Shown piece by piece: positions 52,294 through 62,349 of a stretch of DNA of 64,000 nucleotides. Source of the stretch: an uncultured Clostridia bacterium (GTDB taxonomy: Bacteria; Bacillota; Clostridia; TANB77; CAG-508). The stretch covers positions 717-64,716 of the forward strand of contig CALXFH010000007.1 in the NCBI GenBank assembly GCA_944387555.1, written 5' to 3'. A program made the translations under genes and the position numbers. Every line of letters begins with the position of its first letter. Position 1 is the stretch's first letter. The notes under the pieces were generated by a model. It did no database searches, had not been told where the DNA came from, and saw nothing but the letters and a program-made list of their open reading frames with translations.

Positions 52294-53496
52294 TTATTTT
52301 ATTATTTCATAAGTATTATCTCCTGTCTTTTTTAGCTGAACATCAGACTTAAGAGAAACTAGCGGACGAAAACCATTAAGGTCGGCGTTATAGCTGGTGT
52401 TGTACACACGGCCGATATAGTAAACATACATCACATTGTTAGTACCAGTACCAGAAGGGCTGGCAACCCACATTCCATAAGCATTGCTTGTAGAATTTAT
52501 TACATAAGTTGGATCACTACTATCTAAATAATCAGAAGAACTTGATATATAAGTATTCCAATTACTTCCTCCGTCTACACTTATTTGGTATCCCGTAGTA
52601 CTACTTGCTCGTGTCTTATATTTACCACTTGGATAGTTTTTATCTGGATGAGCTTTATTATATGACTCAAATAGTAACTCTATTGTTGGTCCTCCTATTG
52701 CATAATCTGCTATATTATTTTCTACAAATCCACTCCAAGCATTCGTATCTAACATATATGCTACTGATTTCATATTATTACTTGCACTTGTATATTTATT
52801 AAAGAAATCACTATTTAATGCTTTTATTCTTTCATCTGTTATATCTGCTGAACCTGCATATTTGCTATATACCCCACTAAAGCTTGCTCCCTTTGGATAA
52901 CTAGTACTTTTTGTTACTGTTGCTCCATCTTTTGTTGGGCAATAATCAGTATCTATATAATCACTTGCTATTAAATATATATTATCATCATCTATATGGA
53001 ATATCATCCATTTTCCTGGTGCAGTAGTTTCTATTGCATCATTACTGCTACATTCATAGTTTGTTACATATTTTCCATATAATTCCTTCTTTTGTTCATC
53101 AGTTAATTCTGCTGCTGTTATTCCTTTTATTTCTATTTCTCCATCATAAATTTCTGATACTGCTATTTCGTATTTTCCTCCATATTCTTCCTTTGTTGTT
53201 AATATGTCGTCTGTACTAACATCATCTGGTACACTTTCAAAATATTTCTCTAGAATGTCATGTAATTCTTGTTGCGTAATATCACTTCTTCCACTTGCCG
53301 TTATTGCTAAAATATCTTTCTGTGCTTTTTCTATTACATTTCCTTTTTCAGTTTCTTCTTTTGCAGTTTGAGCTTGATTAATTATTCCATTATCACCTGT
53401 TATTGCTCCTATTGATATCCCTGCTAAAATTAACAAAACTATAATAGTTACTACTAAAGCAATAAGTGTAATTCCTCTTTCTTTTCTTATCTTCAT
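52294..53496 (-). CDS. Pilin-like protein (class III signal peptide) with C-terminal CLec-like variable domain; candidate DGR target
   Basis: KERG^ITLIALVVTIIVLLILAG N-terminus; C-terminus MWVASP...GFRPLVSL. Confidence 0.8.
   Translation of the reverse strand: MKIRKERGITLIALVVTIIVLLILAGISIGAITGDNGIINQAQTAKEETEKGNVIEKAQKDILAITASGRSDITQQELHDILEKYFESVPDDVSTDDILTTKEEYGGKYEIAVSEIYDGEIEIKGITAAELTDEQKKELYGKYVTNYECSSNDAIETTAPGKWMIFHIDDDNIYLIASDYIDTDYCPTKDGATVTKSTSYPKGASFSGVYSKYAGSADITDERIKALNSDFFNKYTSASNNMKSVAYMLDTNAWSGFVENNIADYAIGGPTIELLFESYNKAHPDKNYPSGKYKTRASSTTGYQISVDGGSNWNTYISSSSDYLDSSDPTYVINSTSNAYGMWVASPSGTGTNNVMYVYYIGRVYNTSYNADLNGFRPLVSLKSDVQLKKTGDNTYEIIK
52360..52475 (-). other. Putative DGR variable repeat (VR)
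   Basis: 52 of 110 bases G+C in 52361-52470 versus an AT-rich gene body; run of NNC/NNT codons ending in GGTTTTCGTCCG. Confidence 0.65.
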
Positions 53497-53707
53497 TACT
53501 TTTCCTCCTTAGTTTTCGTATATTTTTTGTCTTTTTGCGCATGATATTTAATGCGTCTTTTATCGTATTTAATTATACCTTATTAGAAATTATTTGTAAA
53601 TATTTTTTGCGATTTTTGTCGTTTTATTTTAGAGTTTTGTCAAAATTAAAGTCATTCCAAAAAAGGTTATAAAAGTTTATATTATTAATGTAGAAAGTGG
53701 TGAGTTT

Positions 53708-54037
53708 ATGGAAAAATCAAAAATTAACGAACATATTGGGAAACTATTTCAAGAATATAGACAAAAAAATAACCTAACACAAAACCAAGTAGCAGAAATA
53801 ACAGGTTTAGAGCCAAGACATATTAGTCAAATAGAAAGAGGTTTTTCAAAAGGTAGTATAGATACATTAATAAAACTATGTAACGCTTATAAAATTACAC
53901 CAGATATAGTTTTATATGATTTATTAGATGATGATGTAAAAGAGTATGTTTCAATATATGATGAAAAATTTAAAAAGCTAAGTAAAAGAGATAAAGAAGC
54001 TGTTTTAAATTTAATAGACTTTTTCTTAAAAAAATAA
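53708..54037 (+). CDS. XRE family HTH regulator
   Basis: LTQNQVAE...ISQIERG; divergent from the pilin-like gene. Confidence 0.9.
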   Translation: MEKSKINEHIGKLFQEYRQKNNLTQNQVAEITGLEPRHISQIERGFSKGSIDTLIKLCNAYKITPDIVLYDLLDDDVKEYVSIYDEKFKKLSKRDKEAVLNLIDFFLKK

Positions 54038-54071
54038 ACCTAAAGTAATTTACTTTAAGTTTATTTTTATT

Positions 54072-55218
54072 TTAAACATTTTTTCCATGGCAATTTTTAT
54101 ATTTTTTTCCGCTTCCACAAGGGCAACTTTTCATTTCTTCCTACTTTGGGAATATCAGTTTTTTCTTTAATCTTTCCTCCTTCTTTCCAAATAGGCATTC
54201 TATCTTTTATCTTCCCAATATATCTAATAATTTCTTGTTTTTCTAAATCATCTATTTCAAAATATCTATCTAGTACTTCCTTCAGATTTTTATTTGCCTC
54301 ATCAATATCTATTTGACTATAATCTATATAGTCATTTATTATTTCTCCTCTTAAAAGCTCATCATCATTAATATCAAACCAATAATATTCTTTTAAGAAA
54401 TTTCTAAATTGTTTATATTCAATTAAATCCAATATATATTTACCATTCCCTATACTTTTGTAAAAACTCTCATTATATATTGTATATTTTCTATGTTTTA
54501 ATAAAAAATTCTCTATTTCATCATCTCTTAAATTAAAATTACAAATAGCTTGTTTTTCAAAGTTATACAATATAGGCTCTAATTCAAGTAAACTAAAAAA
54601 TTTAATTATATTTTCATATTCTTCAAAACCAATAGCTATATCTCTTTTTATAATATTATAAGCATCTTCAATTTTAATTACTCCATATGTATCTGCCATT
54701 CCTATAGAATATTGTATAATATTTTTATAAAAATCTAAGTATATACACTTGTCTATTTTTCTTATTTTATCTTTTATGTATTTGGGTATATGAACAATAA
54801 TTTTATCTTTTTCTTTTTTACAAAAGATAAAATTCAATTGTTTTAATACTTTTATTGTATCAAATGAAACATTATTAGCCTTTTCTTTTTGAAATTCAAA
54901 AAATTGTTCTTTGTTTGCTATATATTTTATATCTTTAAATCTTCTCTCATTTAAAAACTCGAATATTTTATTAAAATTTTTATCTAAAAATTTAATTATT
55001 GTTTCTACAATTACTTCTTTTTTCTTATGTTGCAAGCTCCATATTTGTTCTATAATATCTTCTATATTTCCTGCATATCCATAAGATAAATAAGTTGACA
55101 ATAGTTCTTTTTTTGTTTTCTCCTGTAGATAATCTTTAAACTCCTTATTTTCATCTACTTTATCCTTAAATTCTTCTGTCAATATATCAAATATAGCATC
55201 TTCTAAATTTTGTTCCAT
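54072..55218 (-). CDS. SEC-C motif protein with a one-base frame break inside the SEC-C motif
   Basis: Zero frame ...KVGRNEK; the +1 frame continues CPCGSGKKYKNCHGKNV* (stop 54072-54074). Confidence 0.75.
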
Positions 55219-55330
55219 ATAATTTCTCCTTATTATTCTTCAACTAAATATTATTAATATTAAAATATCAGCAATTCTGTCATTTGTCAAATAAAATACC
55301 AGAAGTTTTTAATCTTCTGGCTTTTATTTA

Positions 55331-55771
55331 TTATTTACTACTTGTTTGATTTAACATCCATAAATTTTTCATATAAAGAGAAATGTAATTATCCATTAAG
55401 CTAGATGTTCCATAATCTTTTTGATTATCTGCTTCTTCTTTTATCTCAGTTACTTTTTTAAGTAAAGTATTATAGTCTGTTATAATATTTTTAATAACTT
55501 CACATTCGTCTATTTTTTCATTCTTAGCCTCTGCAATACAAGTATTATCTAGATAATCTTCCATAGTTCCTAATGGTTCATTGTTAAGCATTAAAATATG
55601 TTCTGCAACTTCATCTATTTGTTCATTTATTTCATCATAATATTCCTCAAGTTTAGTATGCATAGTAAAGAAATCTTTTCCTTTAACATTCCAATGATAA
55701 TTTTGAAGCTTTCTGTAAAATACATTTAAATCAGAAAGTAAGCAATTTAAATTTTTAACTAAATTTTCCAT
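55331..55771 (-). CDS. dps: Dps / DNA starvation protein
   Basis: KLQNYHWNVKG, FFTMHTKLEE, DEVAE, WML. Confidence 0.92.
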   Translation of the reverse strand: MENLVKNLNCLLSDLNVFYRKLQNYHWNVKGKDFFTMHTKLEEYYDEINEQIDEVAEHILMLNNEPLGTMEDYLDNTCIAEAKNEKIDECEVIKNIITDYNTLLKKVTEIKEEADNQKDYGTSSLMDNYISLYMKNLWMLNQTSSK

Positions 55772-55897
55772 AAATAACCTCCTTATTCTTTTAAATTAAT
55801 TTTTCCAAACAGATTTTATTTTATACATTTTTTTGCTTAATATTTTTATCAATTTTGTAAATAATAAAATTATAAATATTTTTAGGAGGTAATTTTA

Positions 55898-56326
55898 ATG
55901 GATAATAATCGTTATATATTAAATGAATTAAATAAAGGAATTAAAATGGGAATGGATTCAATTTCCAATGTTTCTGAAAAAGTTCAAGATGATAGATTTA
56001 AACAAGATTTAAAATATCAATATGATGAATATAATAAAATTTTAAACGAAGTAAATGACGAGCTTACACATTATGATGATTTTCCTAAAGAAATAAACCC
56101 TGTCCAAAAAGCTATGGGATGGATGGGTGTTGAAATGAACACAATGATGGATAAAAGTAATTCTAAAATAGCAGAACTTATGATACAAGGAACAAATATG
56201 GGAATTATTGAAGGTGTTAAATTACTAAATCAAAATCCAGACGCAGATGAAGAAGTAAAAAATGTTTTAAATGAATTCATTAAATTCCAAGAAAACACAG
56301 TAGAACAACTAAAAAAATATTTATAA
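55898..56326 (+). CDS. Conserved hypothetical ferritin-like helical protein
   Basis: SD AGGAGG; MGMDSI, SKIAELMIQGTNMG, LKKYL. Confidence 0.7.
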   Translation: MDNNRYILNELNKGIKMGMDSISNVSEKVQDDRFKQDLKYQYDEYNKILNEVNDELTHYDDFPKEINPVQKAMGWMGVEMNTMMDKSNSKIAELMIQGTNMGIIEGVKLLNQNPDADEEVKNVLNEFIKFQENTVEQLKKYL

Positions 56327-56346
56327 AAGGAAGGCTCTTGCCTTCC

Positions 56347-56886
56347 TTATTCTTCATTTACATCTATTAGAGAAAATACTTCTTTATTATTATTTAATTC
56401 AACAATATTTAAAATTACACCTTCTCCTACTACTTTTCCGCCTAATTTTTCAATTGTCTCTTTTATTTTTTCCATAGTATTTCCAGTTGCATATATATCA
56501 TCTACTATGTAAAAATTCTTATTCTTATATGTAGTATTTACTAACTTTGGAAGTTCTACTATATCTTTTCCATATTCTTTTTCATATTCAATTTGTGCTT
56601 CTACAGTCGTAGGAGGTAATTTTCCTTGTTTTCTTACTGGGACACATCCAACATTTAATCTATCTGCTATTGCAGAGCCTAGTAAAAATCCTCTTGCTTC
56701 TGGTGCTATTATATAGTCTACATTTTTATCTTTTATTTCTTTTACAAATAAATCTATTATTTCTTTTAACGTTTCTTTTTGAATTATTAAAGGCATAATA
56801 TCGATAAATTCTACACCTTCAATTGGATAATTTTTTTCAGTTCTAATATTTAGTTCATTTTTTAGTATGTTCTTTAATATTTTCAT
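56347..56886 (-). CDS. apt: Adenine phosphoribosyltransferase
   Basis: YPIEGVEFIDI, PEARGF, RKQGKLP, VDDIYATG. Confidence 0.88.
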   Translation of the reverse strand: MKILKNILKNELNIRTEKNYPIEGVEFIDIMPLIIQKETLKEIIDLFVKEIKDKNVDYIIAPEARGFLLGSAIADRLNVGCVPVRKQGKLPPTTVEAQIEYEKEYGKDIVELPKLVNTTYKNKNFYIVDDIYATGNTMEKIKETIEKLGGKVVGEGVILNIVELNNNKEVFSLIDVNEE

Positions 56887-57701
56887 TCTTCTTCTTCTCC
56901 TTCATATTCTATATTTGGATTAAATGCAAGTACTGAATAGAATATTGGTGGAAGTATTAATATACCTAATCCAAAGAATCCACCTCTTCCAAAGTTTTGT
57001 GCCAAAAGTATTCTTTTCATAATTGCAATTATAAACATTACAATCCATCCAAATATAGGAATTAACCAAAGAAGCATTAAAAATGGTGATAAACCACATA
57101 CTTTATACATTGTAATCTGTCTATATAATGGAATTATTGCTGCAAATCCATTTTTCCCTGCTTTTTTATAGATAATCCATCTTGTTATTGTACAATATAT
57201 AAATAATATTAAAATTACCCATAAAACTGTTTTTACAATATTATTTGCAAGCAAAACTTTTAATAATAATTCTATTTTTTGCGAAGTTGTTGTATTTGTT
57301 ATTGCACTTTTTACAGCTTCTTCCGGACTATCTCCTTGCTCAAGCCTTGTTCTTATCTCATTTATATTTTCATCATTTTCCAAAATATTTCTTATATCTT
57401 CTTGACTAGTGTTTCTTATAAATTCTGCTCCTGCATCAATTACACTTTCACTTATTCCCGCATCTTGTGATATTTGTTCTTTATTTTCTTGTATCATATC
57501 TGCGATTTCGTCATTTGAATACTTTTCTGTTATTTGATCATATATATCTAATATATCCTCATTACTCATATTTTGTAATTGTTCTGATAATTCTTCAGCA
57601 ATTTCTTCTTTTGTCTCTACCGCTTCTACTTTATTTCCAAAAAACAATACTGTAATTAATAAAAATATTGTTAATACTATACCTACTTTTCTTAATTTCA
57701 T
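56883..57701 (-). CDS. Membrane protein with DUF5684-like C-terminus
   Basis: WIIYKKAGKNGFAAIIP...FGRGGFFGLG. Confidence 0.7.
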   Translation of the reverse strand: MKLRKVGIVLTIFLLITVLFFGNKVEAVETKEEIAEELSEQLQNMSNEDILDIYDQITEKYSNDEIADMIQENKEQISQDAGISESVIDAGAEFIRNTSQEDIRNILENDENINEIRTRLEQGDSPEEAVKSAITNTTTSQKIELLLKVLLANNIVKTVLWVILILFIYCTITRWIIYKKAGKNGFAAIIPLYRQITMYKVCGLSPFLMLLWLIPIFGWIVMFIIAIMKRILLAQNFGRGGFFGLGILILPPIFYSVLAFNPNIEYEGEEEE

Positions 57702-58486
57702 AAGCTTTCTCCTTTCAAGAATTTATAAAACCTTTTTTCTTTATTATTCCTTATTTCCTCTTTTGTTGAAGAATCTATAAATTCTATTTTTCCTTTTTCT
57801 TTATTTTTACTTAACAATTTATTTTCTTCTAATACATCCTTTAAATGAATAGCCAATCTATTTGCTCCATTAAAGAATTTTACATTATTACCTAATACTT
57901 GTCCAATTTCTTTTTGAACTAAAGGATAATGAGTACATCCTAAAACTACATTTTCTACTTTTCCTTTATATTTTCCAATGTTTTCTTCTAGATAATTTTT
58001 TATTTTTTCCTCATTTCCTTCTTCAATTAAATCCGCAAGACCTATACATTCTAAAGCTACAGTTTTATGATTATCATATTTATGATATAACAAATTAAAT
58101 TTTTCGCTTTCTATCGTTCCTTTTGTTGCCATAACTATTGTTTCTTTATCAAAGCTATAGTCATGTACCATTTTGTATGCTGGCTCTATTGCAATTATTA
58201 GAATATTCTTATGTTTTTCTCTTAAAACATTTGCCGCTATAGCACTTGCTGTATTACAAGCAATTACAATCGCTTTACAATTTTTTTCTATTAAAAATTT
58301 TAATATCTCTTCACATCTATTAGCTATCTCTTTTTCTGTTTTATCTCCATAAGGATTATTTTTTGAATCACTATAATATATATAATTTTCATTTGGAAGT
58401 ATTTTAATTATTTCTTTAAGTACTGTTACCCCACCAATTCCAGAGTCAAATACTCCAATATTTCCTTTTCTTACTTCTTCTTGCAT
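57698..58486 (-). CDS. murI: Glutamate racemase
   Basis: FDSGIGG, PYG, IACNTAS, LGCTHY. Confidence 0.95.
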   Translation of the reverse strand: MQEEVRKGNIGVFDSGIGGVTVLKEIIKILPNENYIYYSDSKNNPYGDKTEKEIANRCEEILKFLIEKNCKAIVIACNTASAIAANVLREKHKNILIIAIEPAYKMVHDYSFDKETIVMATKGTIESEKFNLLYHKYDNHKTVALECIGLADLIEEGNEEKIKNYLEENIGKYKGKVENVVLGCTHYPLVQKEIGQVLGNNVKFFNGANRLAIHLKDVLEENKLLSKNKEKGKIEFIDSSTKEEIRNNKEKRFYKFLKGESL

Positions 58487-58499
58487 ATTATCTTCTCCA

Positions 58500-59120
58500 T
58501 TATCTTATAAAATTAGTTCTTATAGTTTCTTCTTTTTCTGGTAATTTAACACCTAGCTTTCTTCCTGCTTCTATTGATTTTAATAGCCATGCCATATTAT
58601 TTCCAAGTGTTCTCATTGTTTGAAGACCTTCTTCATCTTTTTCTACATCTTCTTTTTTACTACCATGTACCATATTCCAATATTGAGAACCTACAACTAT
58701 CATATTAGTCATTAGGAAATATTTATTTACTTCATCAAAAGCTGCTGTTGCTCCACCTCTTCTACAACTAACAACTCCTGCAGCTACTTTATTTGAAAAT
58801 AAATTTCCTCTTCCATAAAATACTCTATCCATAAAAGATGATAGCATTCCTGATATTGCTGCAAAATGTACTGGACTTCCAAAAACAAATCCATCTGCCT
58901 CTTTTGCTTTATCTAAAAATTCATTTACTTTATCATCAATTACACATTTTCCTGTTTTACTGCATCCTCCACATCCAAGACATCCTGAGATTGCTTTATT
59001 ACCAAGCCAGAAAATCTCTGTATCTATTCCATTCTTTTCTAATGTTTTACTTACCTCTTCTAAAGCTCTATTTGTACATCCATCTTTATGTGGTCCTCCA
59101 TTTACTAATATTACTTTCAT
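58500..59120 (-). CDS. Iron-sulfur flavoprotein / NADPH-dependent FMN reductase family
   Basis: CLGCGGC...C, GSPVHF, RRGG, YWNMVHG. Confidence 0.88.
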   Translation of the reverse strand: MKVILVNGGPHKDGCTNRALEEVSKTLEKNGIDTEIFWLGNKAISGCLGCGGCSKTGKCVIDDKVNEFLDKAKEADGFVFGSPVHFAAISGMLSSFMDRVFYGRGNLFSNKVAAGVVSCRRGGATAAFDEVNKYFLMTNMIVVGSQYWNMVHGSKKEDVEKDEEGLQTMRTLGNNMAWLLKSIEAGRKLGVKLPEKEETIRTNFIR

Positions 59121-59178
59121 TTCATTCACCTCTTTATTATCTTATGCCAATACTTTATCACTTTTTACTAATTTTTTC

Positions 59179-59282
59179 AATGGGGACGTTTCCTTTTGCA
59201 TATTTTTGTATATTTTGGGACACATCTTATGTAAGATGTGTCCCAGATTGCTCATTTTTGCGCAAAAGGAAACGTCCCCATT
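59179..59282. repeat. REP-like nested palindromic element, copy B
   Basis: Outer 21-bp IR AATGGGGACGTTTCCTTTTGC / GCAAAAGGAAACGTCCCCATT; inner IR GGGACACATCTTA-TG-TAAGATGTGTCCC. Confidence 0.88.
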
Positions 59283-59284
59283 TT

Positions 59285-60745
59285 TTAAATGTTCTTTATG
59301 TTTTTCTTTTTAAATATAACAAATGTTGGTATTATCATTATTAAGAAATATAATAAGCATATAACTACTGAAAACTCTGGTGTTAAGCCTTCCATTAAAG
59401 GCATTCCTCCATATAGGTATTGTGTAAAATCCCAATTTAGTGTTACAAAATATCTTAGGAAACCTATGTTATATTGCATTGCAAGTTGATTTATTACTGC
59501 TACACCCATATATCCAAGTAAAGGAAGTGCTATTGCAACTGGTGAGTTGGTAAATATTGTACTTAATGCAAATGATAATGTTGCAAGTAGAATTATACTT
59601 GGAAGTATCATTATAATTTGTGTTCCTAAATATGCAAATACATTTATTTCTTGTAGCATATTTGTATTGAAGTTATATACAACTACTGGAACGGATAAGC
59701 TATCAAATCCAAAGATAAGTCCACCTACAATTACCTCCATTCCAAGTATTACAACTATTGCAAACACTGTAATTATTAATACTGTTATAAATTTTGAAAG
59801 TAAAATTTTATTTCTACTATATGGTTTTACTAATAGTAATTTTATTGTTCCTTTATTAAATTCTTCACTTACTATTGTTCCTGCTATCATTACAACAATT
59901 ACTATTATAAATAATCCAAATTCACTAAAAAATCTTGATAATATTCCTCTTAAGTCATTTGCTTTTTCTACGTCTACATGATTTTCTATTACATATTTAC
60001 TTATTTCTCTTTCTTGAATTGCTTCATTATAATCCTTTTTTTCTTGATATGTTAAGTCTGTATTTGAACTATCCATTTGTTCTATTGTGTAACTATATTC
60101 TTGATATTTCGATAAAGCTGTATTCATATAATCTTGACCATATTTTATATCTTCATCTACTCTATATTTTGCTACATCTAAGTCTATTTTTGCAACGGCA
60201 ATTTCTGAATCTAAACTTTCTAATCTTTGTTTATCATCAGTTGAGTTCTTTTCATCTTCTAATGCTTTTACTTTTTCTTCGGCTGTTTGTAATTCCTCAT
60301 TTGCAAAGTATTTCCAATCATCATTTTTTAATCTTTCTAATAATTCATTTATTTGTTCATCTATTTTGTTTGCCTGTTCTACATTCTTTTCTGCTCCATA
60401 TAAATATGTGTTTCTTTCAGTTACATATGGCTCTACTGTTGATGCTATTATTTGTGTTTGCCAAGCATCGCTTGGATATTTTTGCATCATATCATATACA
60501 TCTAGTACTGTTTTATATTCTATATACATTTTTGTATCACTTGTTTTATTAGGATCTAATCCTTTTATTGCTTCTCTTGCATATTCTACATAGCTCTCAC
60601 TATAATAAGAATAATTTCCACTATTATAAAAATATTTATACATACAGTTTGATAAAATTACAAATGCTAGTGTTACAAATAAAATTATATAAATAGATTT
60701 TTTCTTAAAAATCTTTGTTAATTCATTTTTTATTAAATTACTCAA
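59285..60745 (-). CDS. ABC-2 type permease
   Basis: LIKNELTK, VSEEFNKGTIKLLL, LSKF; multi-TM with a large extracellular loop. Confidence 0.88.
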   Translation of the reverse strand: MSNLIKNELTKIFKKKSIYIILFVTLAFVILSNCMYKYFYNSGNYSYYSESYVEYAREAIKGLDPNKTSDTKMYIEYKTVLDVYDMMQKYPSDAWQTQIIASTVEPYVTERNTYLYGAEKNVEQANKIDEQINELLERLKNDDWKYFANEELQTAEEKVKALEDEKNSTDDKQRLESLDSEIAVAKIDLDVAKYRVDEDIKYGQDYMNTALSKYQEYSYTIEQMDSSNTDLTYQEKKDYNEAIQEREISKYVIENHVDVEKANDLRGILSRFFSEFGLFIIVIVVMIAGTIVSEEFNKGTIKLLLVKPYSRNKILLSKFITVLIITVFAIVVILGMEVIVGGLIFGFDSLSVPVVVYNFNTNMLQEINVFAYLGTQIIMILPSIILLATLSFALSTIFTNSPVAIALPLLGYMGVAVINQLAMQYNIGFLRYFVTLNWDFTQYLYGGMPLMEGLTPEFSVVICLLYFLIMIIPTFVIFKKKNIKNI

Positions 60746-61646
60746 TTACATTCCCCCCTGTCTTTTCAAAAAATGCATCTTCTAATGATTTTTCTTCTTT
60801 TTTAACTTCATAAATAGAAATATTTTTATTTACTAATAATTCTACTATTTCAGGTACTTCTTCTCTTACTGCATCTATTTTGAATTTATTATTATCAATT
60901 ATTATTGCTCCTGGAAGTATATCTTTTATTTTAGATGTATCATTTACATCAAATATCTTATAGTTTGCTTTTGCTTCTTTCTTTATTTCTGATATTCCAC
61001 TTGTTTCGATTATTTCTCCATTTTTTATAATACATACTTTATTTACCAAGTTATCTAATTCTGCTAAGTTATGACTAGATATTAATATTCCCATTCCTTC
61101 TTTTTTAGCTAATTCTAAAAGAAGTTCTCTCATTTCTTTTATTCCTTCTGGATCTAATCCATTTGTTGGTTCATCTAATATTAATAATGTTGGCTTATGA
61201 AGTATTGCTTGTGCTATTCCTAATCTTTGCCTCATTCCTAGTGAATATTTTGATACTTTGTCGTTTATTCTATTTTCTAGCTTTACAAGTTTTACTACTT
61301 CATCTATTCTTTTTTTATCTATTCCTTTATATAAATTCGCCATTAGTTGTAAGTTTTCATATCCTGTTAAATACATATACAAATCTGGATTTTCTACTAT
61401 TGCACCTACTTTTCCTATTGCTTTTTCAAATTCTTTTTCTATATCAAATCCATTTATTAGTACTCCTCCTTTTGTTATACTTTGAAGTCCTAATATTAAT
61501 TTTATTGTGGTTGTTTTTCCAGCTCCATTAGGACCAATAAATCCTAATATATCACCTCCACCTATTTCAAAAGAAACGTTTTTAAGAATTTCTTTTTTAC
61601 CAAAATTCTTATACAAGTTTTCTACACTTAAAATTGGTTTTTCCAT
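60738..61646 (-). CDS. ABC transporter ATP-binding protein (BcrA-like)
   Basis: GPNGAGKTT, YSLGMRQRL, DEPTNGLDP. Confidence 0.92.
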   Translation of the reverse strand: MEKPILSVENLYKNFGKKEILKNVSFEIGGGDILGFIGPNGAGKTTTIKLILGLQSITKGGVLINGFDIEKEFEKAIGKVGAIVENPDLYMYLTGYENLQLMANLYKGIDKKRIDEVVKLVKLENRINDKVSKYSLGMRQRLGIAQAILHKPTLLILDEPTNGLDPEGIKEMRELLLELAKKEGMGILISSHNLAELDNLVNKVCIIKNGEIIETSGISEIKKEAKANYKIFDVNDTSKIKDILPGAIIIDNNKFKIDAVREEVPEIVELLVNKNISIYEVKKEEKSLEDAFFEKTGGNVIE

Positions 61647-61771
61647 GTTTTACCTCCCTCTTTTTCATTTGTTATTATTCTACCACCGCAAAACTTCAAA
61701 TACCATTTATTTTTTCTTAATTAAATATGAAGAAATTATTAAGCATAAAAAAAGAATGAAAAGCACTATAT

Positions 61772-61978
61772 TTACCTTTCATTCTTAATATGCATATAAA
61801 TTATTTTTTCAACATATGATAAAGCCTCATAATTTGTTATAAACCTTCCTTTATGTCTATTTTCCACACTTGCCCTTATTACTTTTATTCCTTGATTATA
61901 TTCTCTCCTATATATTTTTGCAAGAACATCTTTACTTAAGCCCTGTTTCCATTTTTCTATTATTTCTTTTTGTTTCAT
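61772..61978 (-). CDS. Small hypothetical protein
   Basis: Likely ATG 61978 (MKQKEII) after AGGTG. Confidence 0.55.
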   Translation of the reverse strand: MKQKEIIEKWKQGLSKDVLAKIYRREYNQGIKVIRASVENRHKGRFITNYEALSYVEKIIYMHIKNER

Positions 61979-62078
61979 ACCACATACACCTAAATGTAGT
62001 ATTTCTTTTTTCCTCACAAATTATTAATGAATTCACTTAAAAATTATTTTTACATATAATATTTTAGAGGTGTTATTT

Positions 62079-62228
62079 ATGAATTCTTGTGCTTTTGTTA
62101 ATTTTATTTCTCTACTTGCTTGTGATATTGCTAAAGACAAATCACAAGAGGAACTAGCTATCCTTGCTACATTTTTTACTCAACTTGGAGATACTTTAGC
62201 AACTCTTTCAGCATTAGACAATAACTAA
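62079..62228 (+). CDS. Small DUF6774-like protein (49 aa, not in the ORF track)
   Basis: SD GAGGTG; MNSCAFVNFISLLACDIAKDKSQEELAILATFFTQLGDTLATLSALDNN. Confidence 0.75.
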   Translation: MNSCAFVNFISLLACDIAKDKSQEELAILATFFTQLGDTLATLSALDNN

Positions 62229-62234
62229 TGTATC

Positions 62235-62262
62235 ATTGGTTCGAGTCCAACATGAGGAGCCA
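62235..62262 (+). pseudogene. tRNA 3' fragment (T-arm, acceptor 3' strand and CCA; tRNA-Asn-like)
   Basis: ATTGG-TTCGAGT-CCAAC-ATGAGGA-G-CCA; no 5' half upstream. Confidence 0.7.
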
Positions 62263-62349
62263 TTACGTACTTTAATTATTTGATTTGTCTATTAAATATT
62301 TTTTGCTTTACTCTCCACGCTTGTGAAACTCCTATAAGTTATCATCCTA

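Noticed and set aside
62190-62262. Intact tRNA gene
   Set aside because: The 5' acceptor strand and D-arm are missing; that space is the coding sequence of the small DUF6774-like gene.
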